Shown here: positions 18,671 through 29,160 of the stretch, piece by piece
How positions within the stretch are numbered: the stretch's first letter is position 1
How the letters are laid out: each line of letters begins with the position of its first letter
Notes under the pieces: generated by a model
Told to the model about the DNA's origin: nothing
The model's input: the letters and a program-made list of their open reading frames with translations, nothing else
Database searches by the model: none
Position numbers and translations under genes: made by a program
Assembly (NCBI GenBank): GCA_964631145.1
Contig: CAZVXT010000001.1
Location: 1 to 50,968 of the forward strand
Reading direction: 5' to 3'
DNA: 50,968 nt
Source: an uncultured Candidatus Saccharibacteria bacterium
Lineage (GTDB): Bacteria; Patescibacteriota; Doudnabacteria; UBA920

Positions 18671-19750
18671 TTAATAAGCTGTGCCAGTAACTGTAAGTGT
18701 TTGCCCCAATCTAGACTGGGGTGTAGAAAGTTGATTGCTTGGAACATTTCCTGTATTAGTTATTGTTAAAGTTACAGAACCTCCGCAATTAATAGTTGTA
18801 TTTGAAAAAGTATATGATAGATTACTAAAACCGCTATTAGCTGATAGTGCTGTAATTGGACCAGCCAAACCGCCAGTACAAGTTGCGGAAACAGTATAAG
18901 CCTGACTATTACCTTTAAGAACATCTGCCGAACTTGGTGATATAGATAGTGTATAAGTACCAGCTGGTGCAGCATTAACAGTTAAAGTCACACTGCAACC
19001 TGAACTTTGTCCACCTCCACTTCCGGTAAATGTAATTGTATATGTACCAACTGTAGTGGAAGTAGAAGTACTTATATTTGCTGTTGTGGTGCTTGAGGGA
19101 ACTGCTCCATTATTTGTATAAGAAATCCCTGGCAAAGTTCCACTTGATGGACTAAAGCCGTGGCTAAAAGTTACTCCAGAAGAAAAACCATTTTGGGGAG
19201 TTGTAGATAAATTAAATGAAGTAGAGCCACCCGCTGTTATAGTCTGAGTTGAGGGAGAGCAAGAAACTGTAAAAGTAGGCACTGGACCTGAAGGGACGTT
19301 TAATAAAATAGATATAAAAATATTTGCCGAAGCTCCGTTACAACCTTGTCCAGCAGACATAGTAATATTTTGAGAAGAATCATTAATAGGGTTAGTCCAA
19401 TATGGTCCCCAAGGAGTGCCGTTACCAGAATAATTATAAATAGAGTTATTAGTATCTGTCGTAATAAACCCTCCTGGCCAAATTAAACTACCGTAATCTA
19501 ATATACTTCCCATATGATAAGTCATTGAAGTTATAGATGTACCAGCATCAACATACACAGATCCACTAAATTGGTTACCGCTATCCGCCGCAGCACTAAA
19601 CCATTCTTGCTGTCCGTCTTTTATATAAGCAAAATCTAAATTTGCACTAGCTGATGATTCTGGACATTCTGCAAAAACCGGCTTATAACCTATAAAGCTT
19701 CCAAGAGCAGCGCTTAATAAAATACTTATAATTAATAAAATATGTTTCAT
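18671..19750 (-). CDS. Secreted protein carrying one copy of the same Cys-bounded Ig-like module as 9648-12998
   Basis: Signal peptide ending VFA-E; PTFTVSCSPSTQTITAGGSTSFNLSTT...GTYTITFTGSGGGQSSGCSVTLTVN. Confidence 0.85.
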   Translation of the reverse strand: MKHILLIISILLSAALGSFIGYKPVFAECPESSASANLDFAYIKDGQQEWFSAAADSGNQFSGSVYVDAGTSITSMTYHMGSILDYGSLIWPGGFITTDTNNSIYNYSGNGTPWGPYWTNPINDSSQNITMSAGQGCNGASANIFISILLNVPSGPVPTFTVSCSPSTQTITAGGSTSFNLSTTPQNGFSSGVTFSHGFSPSSGTLPGISYTNNGAVPSSTTTANISTSTSTTVGTYTITFTGSGGGQSSGCSVTLTVNAAPAGTYTLSISPSSADVLKGNSQAYTVSATCTGGLAGPITALSANSGFSNLSYTFSNTTINCGGSVTLTITNTGNVPSNQLSTPQSRLGQTLTVTGTAY

Positions 19751-19825
19751 TTTTTATTTTTATCACTTCTACTACGATTATAGCACAATAAAAAAAGGAA
19801 AGCATTAAAAGCTTTCCTTTATCAT

Positions 19826-20671
19826 TTATTTTAGAGCTACCAAATTTTGCTTTATAGATTCTTCAAGCACCTGCGCTCGAAGTTCCATAACAACTTTGCT
19901 AGAACCTTCAAGTTCTGCAATATCTCGCAAAACTTTTGGTAATAATTTTGGTTTACCAATGGAAACTAGATAATTTTGAGCTTTTAGATCTGCGGCAATT
20001 TCTTGCCGTATACGGATTAAAGCCGCTTGGTCTTTAGTTATTGTTTTATTATTAAGCCATGATAGCACAATAACTCTTTTTAAAGAATCAGCGGGATCAT
20101 GACTAACTTCATGAACAAAAACTCCCATTAAAGTTTCGTCGGTTGACTTTAAATGCTTTTTGATAAAGTCTTCTCTTATCAAAATAACACTTCCAAATAC
20201 CATCGACGGTTTTAAAATACTCAAAATTTGATCCTTATCTAGATTTTGTTTATTCATTTCTTCTTTTGCAGCATTATTAATTTTGGTTGTATCAATAATT
20301 TTGTAAGAAAAAGATTTAAACTTTTCTAATGGATCAAGGTTATTTGCTATGGTTTTGTATTCTACTCCATAATCAATATGGGGTAGGGAATAAATCCCGA
20401 ACCAAAACGCATAATTATCTAACATTTTTTTGTTATTCTCTGAGACCAAATTTTGGTTTTCAGAGACAAATTTATCCATTGCTTTTTCATACTTTTCCAA
20501 ATCTAAAGAAGAATCTTGGATAATTATTTTATAAGCGTTAATTGTTTTTTGCAACTCCGCCCTTGACTCTGCATCGGTAAGAGAATTAGAATATGATGAA
20601 TCAAAACTTTGACCATCAATTACAACTAAAGCCAAAAAAACAACGAATAAAACAAAAATAACATTTTTCAT
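19826..20671 (-). CDS. Secreted zincin-like metalloprotease candidate (start revised to the ATG at 20671)
   Basis: GGAGGG 5 nt before the ATG; signal peptide; HEVSH followed by EIAAD (M48/M56-like third ligand); terminator at 19794-19820. Confidence 0.65.
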   Translation of the reverse strand: MKNVIFVLFVVFLALVVIDGQSFDSSYSNSLTDAESRAELQKTINAYKIIIQDSSLDLEKYEKAMDKFVSENQNLVSENNKKMLDNYAFWFGIYSLPHIDYGVEYKTIANNLDPLEKFKSFSYKIIDTTKINNAAKEEMNKQNLDKDQILSILKPSMVFGSVILIREDFIKKHLKSTDETLMGVFVHEVSHDPADSLKRVIVLSWLNNKTITKDQAALIRIRQEIAADLKAQNYLVSIGKPKLLPKVLRDIAELEGSSKVVMELRAQVLEESIKQNLVALK

Positions 20672-20739
20672 ATTCCCTCCACTACCGATTGCCAAATCGG
20701 TTTGATTTTAAAGATTTAAGTCCTAAGACTATTGAACCA

Positions 20740-20768
20740 AGTATACACTATTTTTATAAAACTGTCAA
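20740..20768 (-). promoter_or_regulatory. Consensus promoter TTGACA-17-TATACT, homologous to the one at 13776-13804
   Basis: Direct reading of the minus strand. Confidence 0.8.
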
Positions 20769-20879
20769 GTTTGATAATCTTCCTCATTTTATTATTTTAA
20801 AGACCGTATTATAAAATTTAAATAAATTAGATGGTATTTTATAAAATAAAAAGCACCAGAATTAACTGGTGATTTTTAT

Positions 20880-21272
20880 TTATGCAGCAGGAGTTTCTTC
20901 TGGTGCTGATTCTTCAGCAGGAGCTTCAGCTACCTCTGGAGTAGATTCTTCTGCAGGCTTTTCTTCAGTTGCAGCAGGTTCTTCTGCAGGAACTTCTTTT
21001 TTAGGTAAAGTAAAAGATTTTACTTTTGGTGCATCAATCAATTTGTTAGTAACAAATAAATTATGAACTGTTTCAGAAACTTCTACGTGTTGTTCTTTAA
21101 GCCAGTAATTTAGACGTTCTTGATCTTTGATTAATAAAGTTTTGGTATGAGGGTTGTAAGATCCTAAAACTTCAACAAATTGCTTTTGAGCAGCTGTGGT
21201 CTTTTTTGCTAAAACCACTTTATATTGAGGCATATTCTTCTTACCACCACGGAGTAATCTAATAGTTAACAT
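20880..21272 (-). CDS. rpsP: 30S ribosomal protein S16 with acidic Pro/Ala/Glu C-terminal extension
   Basis: MLTIRLLRGGKKNMPQYKVV...VEVLGSYNP...RLNYWL. Confidence 0.95.
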   Translation of the reverse strand: MLTIRLLRGGKKNMPQYKVVLAKKTTAAQKQFVEVLGSYNPHTKTLLIKDQERLNYWLKEQHVEVSETVHNLFVTNKLIDAPKVKSFTLPKKEVPAEEPAATEEKPAEESTPEVAEAPAEESAPEETPAA

Positions 21273-21476
21273 GTATATTATTAAAATAAATTATAAGACC
21301 TGTATGCAGCTATATAGGTCGCCATTAAAATTGAATGCTCAACAAACCAATCTTAATAGAAATTACTAATAGATTTTAGCATTAGCAGGCTATTTGGTCA
21401 AGTTTTATAAATTTAGTATTTTATAGGTAATTTACCCAAAAAATCAAAAAGAACCTGTAGAAATAGGTTCTTTATA

Positions 21477-24113
21477 TTAACTAGCCTTTGCGTATGCAGA
21501 AGCCTCATCCAATTTAATAGATAACAATTGAGAGGCACCGTCATCCCCCATAGTTACCCCATAAATAATCCTAGCCTGAGACATGGTTTCTCGATTATGA
21601 GTGATAGTAATAAATTGAGTCTGATGGGACAGCTTGCCTAATATCTGACCAAATCTAATAGTATTAGCTTCATCCAAAGCTGCATCTACTTCATCCAGAA
21701 CTACAAAGGGTGAAGGGAAGCAAGTTAGCAAACTACATAGCAATGCTATGGAAGTAAGAGATCTTTCACCGCCTGATAAAGATTGTATAGAAGACAGCTT
21801 TTTCCCTGGCGGAGTAGCTTTAATATCTACCCCAGCAACATGTAATCCAGCATTTTCATATTTAGCGACAATTTTTTCTTCGGGTCGAAGTTTTTGATTT
21901 TCATCCATTGATTCTGATTCCTCTTCAACCCCCTCTGCTTCCGTCTTATCTTCGTTTGGTTTAACTAAAGCTAAATGAGCCTTCCCTCCGTTGAATAGCA
22001 TCTTAAAGTATTGCTCGAATTTTTCATTAACCTCATGAAAAGCTTTATTAAACTGCTCTTTAATATTACTATCCAGCTCGTCCATTACGCTACGCAAGTC
22101 ATCTATACCCTTTTTAAGATCTAGCACTTGAGACTCTAAACCCGTAAATCTGGCTTCGGTTTCTCGGTACTCTTGAATAGTTAATTCGTCCACCCCGCCA
22201 ATCATTTCTAGCTGATGTTTTAACTTGGCAATTTTATCTGACAAACCCTCTTCTTGTAATTCAATTCTTACTTCCTGAATCTTTTGCAAACCCACTTCTG
22301 ATAACGAACCAATTATTTCTTGTTCTAATGTTTGATTCTGAGTTTCGATTCTTGCTTTTTCTATCTCGAGTTTTGTTTGATCATCTCTTAAACTCGAGAC
22401 ACTGCTTTGAACTAAACGAAATTCTTTATCTGCTTCTTGTAACTGTTTTTTTATATCCTGTTCGCTGTTATAAAAATTGTTAATTTTATTTTCTAGGGAT
22501 TGTTGTATTTTTAACTTATCTTCAATTTGTGATTGTAGTTTTTGCTTAGCCTGCAGTGCATCACTGACAAATTCATCACTTGCGCCCGTGGCAATTCGCT
22601 TTAATTCTAACTCAACCTGCAATAAATCTTTCTGTAAAGTTTGATGTTTATTAGTCAAAAATTGTTGCTCAGCTCTGATCTTAGAAATTTCACTGCTAAC
22701 CCTATTTTGCTCTGACAATAATTGATCTTTTTGATCCCCTAATTCTTTAAGAGATGCTTTTAGCTGCTGTAAGTTTTGAGCAGTTTCATTTGGCTTTCCT
22801 AAAACAACTTCTAGTGCCCGCCAGCTTTTTACCAAGCTTCCCGCCTGATGTTTGATAGTCAAAATATCTTCCGCTTCTTCTAAGAAACTTTCAAATTCTG
22901 ACAAGCTCCTTCCAAAATGTTCAACCTTGCCTTGTACTTCTTGCCACTCTAAATTATTACCATCATGTCCTGAAGAAGAATTAGAACTCTGATACAATAA
23001 ATCAATTTGATTATTAAGGTCAGAGATAGTTTGAGCAAATTTCGCCTGAGCAGATTCCAAAGTTTGTAATTTTTCAGATAATCCAGATAATTCTTGTACG
23101 GTTATCTGCAGATCTTGCGTAATTTGATGTTGATTTATTTCTAAAGAACCTTGGTCTCCACTAGTAGTTTTTAAATTATCAAGTTTTCCTTGAATAAGAC
23201 TGACTTGTTCTAATAAAGCATTTTTTTCTTTTACTATGGATTGCAAATCTTCTTGATCACGACGAACAGATAATAAAGAATCTGAGGTTGCTGCTTCATA
23301 ACTTTCTACTGCTTGTAAATGAGCAGAAATTTTTTCTTCTAAAGAATTTCTTTCAGCTTGCAATGCACTAATTTTGGAATTAATATTTTGCAAACTAGAT
23401 TGATGTTGCCACCACAAATAACCCAAATGTTTGTGCAAATATCCTTGTAATTCATTTTCCAACTCAGCCCTTGCCTCCATACGCTTTGCTTGTCGTCTTA
23501 AAGATTTTACACGAGGTTCAAGCTCTCTCATCAAATCTTCTGCACGCATCAAATTTTGCGCTGTCTGCTCTAATCTGCGCATCGATCTATCGCGCTTCAT
23601 ATAATAAACCTTAACACCGCTTGCTTCATCGATTAGATTTTTTATTTCTGAAGGTCCGGCTAAAATCATTTGATCGATTGTCCCTTGTCCAATTACAGTA
23701 TAACGTGAGGTTCCAATATTACTCTTCAATACAAGATCAATAATATCTAAAAGCCTTGCTCTATTGCCATTAATTAAATACTCGCTTTCTCCACTACGAC
23801 TTACTCTTCGTCCAATAGAAACCTCTGCGCTATCAATAGGGATTTTTCTGTCCGCATTATCAAAAGTCGCGATCACTTCTGCAAAGCCAGCACGTGAACG
23901 CTTGTCGCTTCCTGCAAAAATTACGTCTTCACTTTTTTTGCCGCGCATCATCTTTGCACTTTGTTCACCAAGAACCCAACGCAAACAATCAGCAGAATTG
24001 CTTTTACCACTTCCGTTTGGTCCAACAATCGCAGTAATACCAGTTTCAAACTCCATTATAGTCTTTTTGGCAAACGATTTAAACCCTTGAATTTCTAAAC
24101 GTTTTAAGTACAT
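21477..24113 (-). CDS. smc: SMC chromosome partition ATPase (short, 878 aa)
   Basis: MYLKRLEIQGFKSF, Walker A GPNGSGKSN, signature LSGGE, Walker B VVLDEVDAALD; follows rnc. Confidence 0.93.
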   Translation of the reverse strand: MYLKRLEIQGFKSFAKKTIMEFETGITAIVGPNGSGKSNSADCLRWVLGEQSAKMMRGKKSEDVIFAGSDKRSRAGFAEVIATFDNADRKIPIDSAEVSIGRRVSRSGESEYLINGNRARLLDIIDLVLKSNIGTSRYTVIGQGTIDQMILAGPSEIKNLIDEASGVKVYYMKRDRSMRRLEQTAQNLMRAEDLMRELEPRVKSLRRQAKRMEARAELENELQGYLHKHLGYLWWQHQSSLQNINSKISALQAERNSLEEKISAHLQAVESYEAATSDSLLSVRRDQEDLQSIVKEKNALLEQVSLIQGKLDNLKTTSGDQGSLEINQHQITQDLQITVQELSGLSEKLQTLESAQAKFAQTISDLNNQIDLLYQSSNSSSGHDGNNLEWQEVQGKVEHFGRSLSEFESFLEEAEDILTIKHQAGSLVKSWRALEVVLGKPNETAQNLQQLKASLKELGDQKDQLLSEQNRVSSEISKIRAEQQFLTNKHQTLQKDLLQVELELKRIATGASDEFVSDALQAKQKLQSQIEDKLKIQQSLENKINNFYNSEQDIKKQLQEADKEFRLVQSSVSSLRDDQTKLEIEKARIETQNQTLEQEIIGSLSEVGLQKIQEVRIELQEEGLSDKIAKLKHQLEMIGGVDELTIQEYRETEARFTGLESQVLDLKKGIDDLRSVMDELDSNIKEQFNKAFHEVNEKFEQYFKMLFNGGKAHLALVKPNEDKTEAEGVEEESESMDENQKLRPEEKIVAKYENAGLHVAGVDIKATPPGKKLSSIQSLSGGERSLTSIALLCSLLTCFPSPFVVLDEVDAALDEANTIRFGQILGKLSHQTQFITITHNRETMSQARIIYGVTMGDDGASQLLSIKLDEASAYAKAS

Positions 24114-24182
24114 TTTAAATATAATTACTCATTTATTATAACATGCAAGCATAAAAAATAAGGATCCGAGGATCCTTTTTTG

Positions 24183-25007
24183 TTAACAAATCGATTTATA
24201 TATTTGCAGGTCTGTTAAATTATATAAATCTTTAAATAGCCTTAAAACTTTTAGTTTATGTTTTAGCCATTCGTCTGTATATAAACTGTTTTTTATAGAA
24301 AGTTTTTCCCACACCCTACTAATGGCTTGTTCTACAGCCTGTTTTTTTACAGCTAATATATCAGCTACTTTTTGATAAGTTGATATTTGTCCAAAATTAA
24401 CTTCTATAATGCCGTAATAATACTTAAATTTAATTTTATCTTTTATAGATTTAACCGAATCTAAGCATTTGATAAAACACTTTGTTTTTTCAAATAAATC
24501 AGGAAGCTCTATTAACAAGTCAACAAAATAATTATAAGTTTTAAGCGTGTTGTGACACTTTTTATAATCATAATTAATTAGTTGTCCGATAATATATTCT
24601 GGAGTATCTCTTATAACAATTTTTTCTGAAAGATTTAATTGTTCTGCGAGTTCTTTAAATGAAGGATATTCTCCAAAATTTTGAAAAGCTTTATTAGCAA
24701 TGGCTGCGATTTTTCTTTTTCTAGCTAATATGTGCGACGGGTAATTAATCACCCCACCATGCATATAATAATTGAGTATAGAATTTCTAATAATATTATA
24801 AGCATAGGTAGAAAATGATGCTCCCAAACTTTCATTATATCCATCATAAGCCATTAGCAAACCTATTCTCCCGCTTTGATAAGCATCTTCATCACCTTTC
24901 AAATGCGGAAAGTTTCTTTTTACTACATAATGAATTAAAGGTTCGTTTTGTAATACAAACTCTTCTCTAGCATTATGTTCTGTTAAGTTTTTTGGGTTGT
25001 TTGTCAT
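24183..25007 (-). CDS. Sigma-70 family (SigB/FliA/phage-like) alternative sigma factor
   Basis: Region 2 DAYQSGRIGLLMAYDGYNESLGASFSTYAYNII, region 3 PSFKELAEQLNLS, region 4-like TYQKVADIL; own promoter, SD and flanking hairpins. Confidence 0.8.
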   Translation of the reverse strand: MTNNPKNLTEHNAREEFVLQNEPLIHYVVKRNFPHLKGDEDAYQSGRIGLLMAYDGYNESLGASFSTYAYNIIRNSILNYYMHGGVINYPSHILARKRKIAAIANKAFQNFGEYPSFKELAEQLNLSEKIVIRDTPEYIIGQLINYDYKKCHNTLKTYNYFVDLLIELPDLFEKTKCFIKCLDSVKSIKDKIKFKYYYGIIEVNFGQISTYQKVADILAVKKQAVEQAISRVWEKLSIKNSLYTDEWLKHKLKVLRLFKDLYNLTDLQIYKSIC

Positions 25008-25192
25008 AATTCCTCCTTAAGAATCAAACTATATAATAATACGCAATATTGGTCGAAGTCAATACAAAACAAAACCGCCATGTTTTAGCGGTTTTGTTTG
25101 CTTTGTGTTTGTTTGGTTACTCGGATACTATCCTATTTAAGATTAGCACACCGAAATACATACACAAACCAAGTTATCAACAATTTTATTAA

Positions 25193-25885
25193 TTATACTT
25201 CAAAGTTTTTTAATGCGTCTTTAGCAGCTGACGCTTCTGCTTCTTGTTTGCTTGGACCTTGTCCTCGTCCAATTTCTTTTTTAGACATAAAGGCAGCAAC
25301 TATAAAAATTTTGTCATGATCAGGTCCAGTTTCGGATACAACTTCATAATGAGGAGTAACAGACCATTTATCTTGAACGAATTCTTGTAACTTACTCTTT
25401 GGATCTAGATATGCACCACCAGAAATTATATCTGGAAGCTCGATAAGAATCTCTTTCTCTACAAATTTTTGGGTCGCTTCATAACCTAAGTCTAAATATA
25501 TAGCCCCGATCAAAGCCTCAATAGTATTAGCCAATATTACCTGTCGAGCTCTACCTGTGTCCTTAGCCTCCCCTCTAGACATTAATAAAAACTGCTCCAA
25601 GCCAATCCTTTTAGCTATATTAGAAAGCATTTTATAATTCACTAAGGCACTGCGGAAGTTGGTTAACTCACCTTCCGGATGATCATAAGTTTTGTATAGA
25701 TACTCTGTGGAAATTAATTCCAAAACAGCATCTCCTAAAAATTCTAAACGCTCGTTGTGAGGCAAAGAAAAACCTCGGTGCTCGTTTAAATACGACCTAT
25801 GAGTAAAAGCTGATAAATACAAATCAAGATTTTGCGGGACCGAACCAATTATGCGTTCGATGTGCCCTGCATTGAGTGTGGGCAT
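25193..25885 (-). CDS. rnc: Ribonuclease III (ATG start at 25885; the ORF track uses 25900)
   Basis: HNERLEFLGDAVLEL signature; dsRBD DPKSKLQE...GPDHDKIF. Confidence 0.97.
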   Translation of the reverse strand: MPTLNAGHIERIIGSVPQNLDLYLSAFTHRSYLNEHRGFSLPHNERLEFLGDAVLELISTEYLYKTYDHPEGELTNFRSALVNYKMLSNIAKRIGLEQFLLMSRGEAKDTGRARQVILANTIEALIGAIYLDLGYEATQKFVEKEILIELPDIISGGAYLDPKSKLQEFVQDKWSVTPHYEVVSETGPDHDKIFIVAAFMSKKEIGRGQGPSKQEAEASAAKDALKNFEV

Positions 25886-25962
25886 ATAAGCCTTTCTCAA
25901 GAAACGCGAACTTTAGATCAATATATTAATATAAAATTCCCGGTTCTTGGGTGATAATTTTA

Positions 25963-26038
25963 TGGTGGACGGTACAGGAGTCGAACCTGTGACCTTCCCC
26001 ACGTCAAGGGGACGCTCTACCAACTGAGCTAACCGTCC
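25963..26038 (-). tRNA. tRNA-Val(GAC)
   Basis: GGACGGTTAGCTCAGTTGGTAGAGCG...anticodon loop TTGACGT...GGTTCGACTCC...CCA. Confidence 0.97.
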
Positions 26039-26091
26039 ATATTACTTACTACTAAAATCTTATATATACTATTACAAAATTTTTCTTTTGT

Positions 26092-26946
26092 CTACCTAAG
26101 CTGTACTTGAGCTTTATATGAAGCTACAGGCTTATCTTTCCAAGGCTTGTTATATTTATCCAAAAAATAAATTAAAGAAATATTAAAAGCGCAATTACTA
26201 AATGCAAATAAACATAAAACCAAGATAGTTAACATTGCTTTGGGTAAGATCATATTTAATATAAATAAAATTAAACCAATCATAACCAAAGAAAATAAAT
26301 AAAAGAATCCTAAGAATAAAATAAACTCAGCGATGATTTTAATTTTCTTTATAATAAAATCTACAGCAATTAACAAAGCTTTAGTAAAAGTAACTTCTAA
26401 CCATAATAGATTAAGCAATACTAACATATTTGCTATAGATGTAAGACTAATAAACGAATATAAGATAATAAGCAAAACAATACTTATTATTTTTGATGTT
26501 TCATTTATTGATATTAACTCTGTAACTAACCATATAACAAAGGAATTTATACCAATGGTTAATAAACTGGACAATAAAACTGCTGGGATAATAGATAAAT
26601 TCAAATATTTAGAGTTTTCCAACTCTATGATTGTTTGGCATCTAGGGCAAATAATCTTACCATCCAAGCTCTTGTGTAATAAATTATGAGTATAAATAGA
26701 GAAAAATATTTTTAGCAAATTTAATACTACAAAAAAAATAAAAACTATTAAATAAAAGATTATAGAAAAATTAAAATCTAAGTGTAAATTAGACAACACA
26801 CTGCTAATTAATTTGGACTTAAACCAAAACCAAAAATACAAAAAATGGAAGCTAAATCCCGAAGACAAAAACAAACCAAAAAACCAAAGTTTTGGGTTTT
26901 TCCAAGTAAGCTCGATAGATTTTATGATAATTTTAAAATCTTCCAT
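26092..26946 (-). CDS. Multi-pass membrane protein, hypothetical
   Basis: About 6 hydrophobic segments; N-terminal WKNPKLWFFGLF. Confidence 0.75.
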   Translation of the reverse strand: MEDFKIIIKSIELTWKNPKLWFFGLFLSSGFSFHFLYFWFWFKSKLISSVLSNLHLDFNFSIIFYLIVFIFFVVLNLLKIFFSIYTHNLLHKSLDGKIICPRCQTIIELENSKYLNLSIIPAVLLSSLLTIGINSFVIWLVTELISINETSKIISIVLLIILYSFISLTSIANMLVLLNLLWLEVTFTKALLIAVDFIIKKIKIIAEFILFLGFFYLFSLVMIGLILFILNMILPKAMLTILVLCLFAFSNCAFNISLIYFLDKYNKPWKDKPVASYKAQVQLR

Positions 26947-27040
26947 TTATATATTATATGCCAAATTACAAATAATAGATAACATCTGGGGGCTATTAAA
27001 TAATAAAAAACCATAAATTTTTTTTATGGTTTTTTATTAT

Positions 27041-28921
27041 TTAATTACCGGTTACTTCTTGAGGAAGTTCTTCAGTAAATTCATCATTTAACTTTTTGCC
27101 GGCAGGGATAATTGGCTTAACAATTGCAGTAAATTCTTCTTGTTCTAATGTTTCTTGCTCTACTAATTTTGTTGCTATGACATCCAAATAACTACGGTGA
27201 GTAGTCATAACTTCAGTAGCTCTCTTTGCAGCGGTTTCCATAATTGCTTTTACTTCAGCGTCAATCTGCTGCGCAACCGCTTCACTATAATTTTTTCTCT
27301 CGCCTAAATCACGTCCTAAGAAAACATTATCATGAGGCTCACCCAACATAACTGGTCCAAGCGTTTCGCTCATACCGTATTGAGTAACCAATTTACGAGC
27401 CATATTAGTTGCCACTTTAAGATCATTACTTGCACCAGTTGTCAGTTCTCCAAAAACTAATTTTTCTGCAGCCCAACCACCCAATAATGCAGCAATCTCA
27501 TCCAAGAAGCTTGATCGAGTGTGCATATGTCTATCTTCTACCGGAAGCTTCATTGTATAACCAGCAGCTCTTCCGCGAGATAAAATAGTAACCTTATGCA
27601 CAGGATCAGCTTTCGGTAAAACAGATCCAACCAATGCATGACCACCTTCGTGATAAGCAGTAACTTTTTTCTCTTCGTCTGACAGCACATGACTTTTACG
27701 AGCAGGACCTAGAGTAACTTTTTCAATAGCTTCTTTTAGATCATCAGTTGTTATAGAAGTTTTATTACTACGCGCTGCTAAAATTGCAGCTTCGTTGATG
27801 ATATTTGCAAGGTCAGCGCCAGAAAAACCTGGTGTACGTTGTGCTATCTTTCTTAAATCAACATTTTGATCAAGAGGCTTATTTTTACTATGAACTTTAA
27901 GAATTGCTTCGCGATCATGGATGTCTGGTAAATCTAAAACAACTTGCCTATCAAAACGACCTGGGCGAAGAAGAGCAGGATCAAGAACATCAGGACGATT
28001 AGTTGCAGCTATAACAATTACATTTGTATCTGTTTCAAAACCATCCATCTCAACCAATATTTGGTTTAAAGTCTGTTCTCTTTCATCATGTCCACCGCCT
28101 AGCCCAGCCCCACGCTGTCTTCCCACGGCATCGATTTCATCAATAAATACAATGCATGGCGAGTTACGCTTTGCTTTTTTAAATAAATCTCTCACTCTAC
28201 TAGCACCTACACCTACAAACATTTCTACGAATTCTGATCCAGAAATATGAAAGAATGGAACGTTTGCTTCACCTGCAACGGCTCGAGATAATAAAGTTTT
28301 TCCAACACCAGGATTACCTAACAATAACACCCCTTTTGGAATTTTTGCGCCGAGCGATAAAAATTTTTGCGGAAACTTTAAAAACTCAACAATTTCTTGC
28401 AATTCTTCTTTAGCTTCTTTTGCCCCTGCTACATCAGCAAACCTAACTTTATTTTTCATTTCATCAGATAGCTTAACCGATGATTGTCCAAAAGTTAATG
28501 CTCTGTTATTAGAACCTTGAACTTGACGCATTAAGAAAAATATAAACAATGCAATTAAAATAAACGGTACCAAGAACGGCAACACTGATCCAGCTAAAAC
28601 TGTTAAAAAGCTTGTGTTCTTAAATTCAATTTTTACTTTACTAATTTGATCAGTACTAACTCCGCTATCAATAAAATATTGTGGTATATCTGTATTACCA
28701 CCGATGGTTGCGGTTAATTTATCGTTAGTATCTTTAATTTTAATATCTAATGTTTGAGGGTTAACTCTGATACTTTCTACTTTTTCTTGTTTGATCAAAG
28801 AAGAAACTTCTGATAAAGGAACGTCTTTAGTTTGGTTATCTTTTGTTAATCCAGCAACAGCAACAGAAACAATTAATAATCCAATTAAGACCAATAAAAT
28901 ATTTTTTGTAATTTTTCCCAT
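27041..28921 (-). CDS. ftsH: ATP-dependent zinc metalloprotease FtsH
   Basis: Two TM helices; GNPGVGKT; FIDEID; [13 protein letters not shown]; HEGGH. Confidence 0.98.
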   Translation of the reverse strand: MGKITKNILLVLIGLLIVSVAVAGLTKDNQTKDVPLSEVSSLIKQEKVESIRVNPQTLDIKIKDTNDKLTATIGGNTDIPQYFIDSGVSTDQISKVKIEFKNTSFLTVLAGSVLPFLVPFILIALFIFFLMRQVQGSNNRALTFGQSSVKLSDEMKNKVRFADVAGAKEAKEELQEIVEFLKFPQKFLSLGAKIPKGVLLLGNPGVGKTLLSRAVAGEANVPFFHISGSEFVEMFVGVGASRVRDLFKKAKRNSPCIVFIDEIDAVGRQRGAGLGGGHDEREQTLNQILVEMDGFETDTNVIVIAATNRPDVLDPALLRPGRFDRQVVLDLPDIHDREAILKVHSKNKPLDQNVDLRKIAQRTPGFSGADLANIINEAAILAARSNKTSITTDDLKEAIEKVTLGPARKSHVLSDEEKKVTAYHEGGHALVGSVLPKADPVHKVTILSRGRAAGYTMKLPVEDRHMHTRSSFLDEIAALLGGWAAEKLVFGELTTGASNDLKVATNMARKLVTQYGMSETLGPVMLGEPHDNVFLGRDLGERKNYSEAVAQQIDAEVKAIMETAAKRATEVMTTHRSYLDVIATKLVEQETLEQEEFTAIVKPIIPAGKKLNDEFTEELPQEVTGN

Positions 28922-28965
28922 AAATGACTTTCTATACGAAAACTAAGTTAAAAAAATTATATTTT

Positions 28966-28986
28966 GTGGTGGGCAAGGAGGGACTC
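28966..28986. repeat. 21-bp duplicate of the tRNA-Leu 3' end (att-like)
   Basis: gtggtgggcaaggagggactc occurs at 28966-28986 and 29160-29180. Confidence 0.9.
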
Positions 28987-29160
28987 ACCTCCCTCACGCT
29001 AGTCTCCTCAACACATTCGTTTATTTCACTCATTGTGTTTCGTCGACTTACGCTACGGTAGGCTCTGACGCTTTCAACTTGCCACTGGCAACTTGAAAGC
29101 TATTTTCTCATCCCACTACTTTTAACCACTCTCGTACGCCCTTATGAAGGCGCACAAGAG

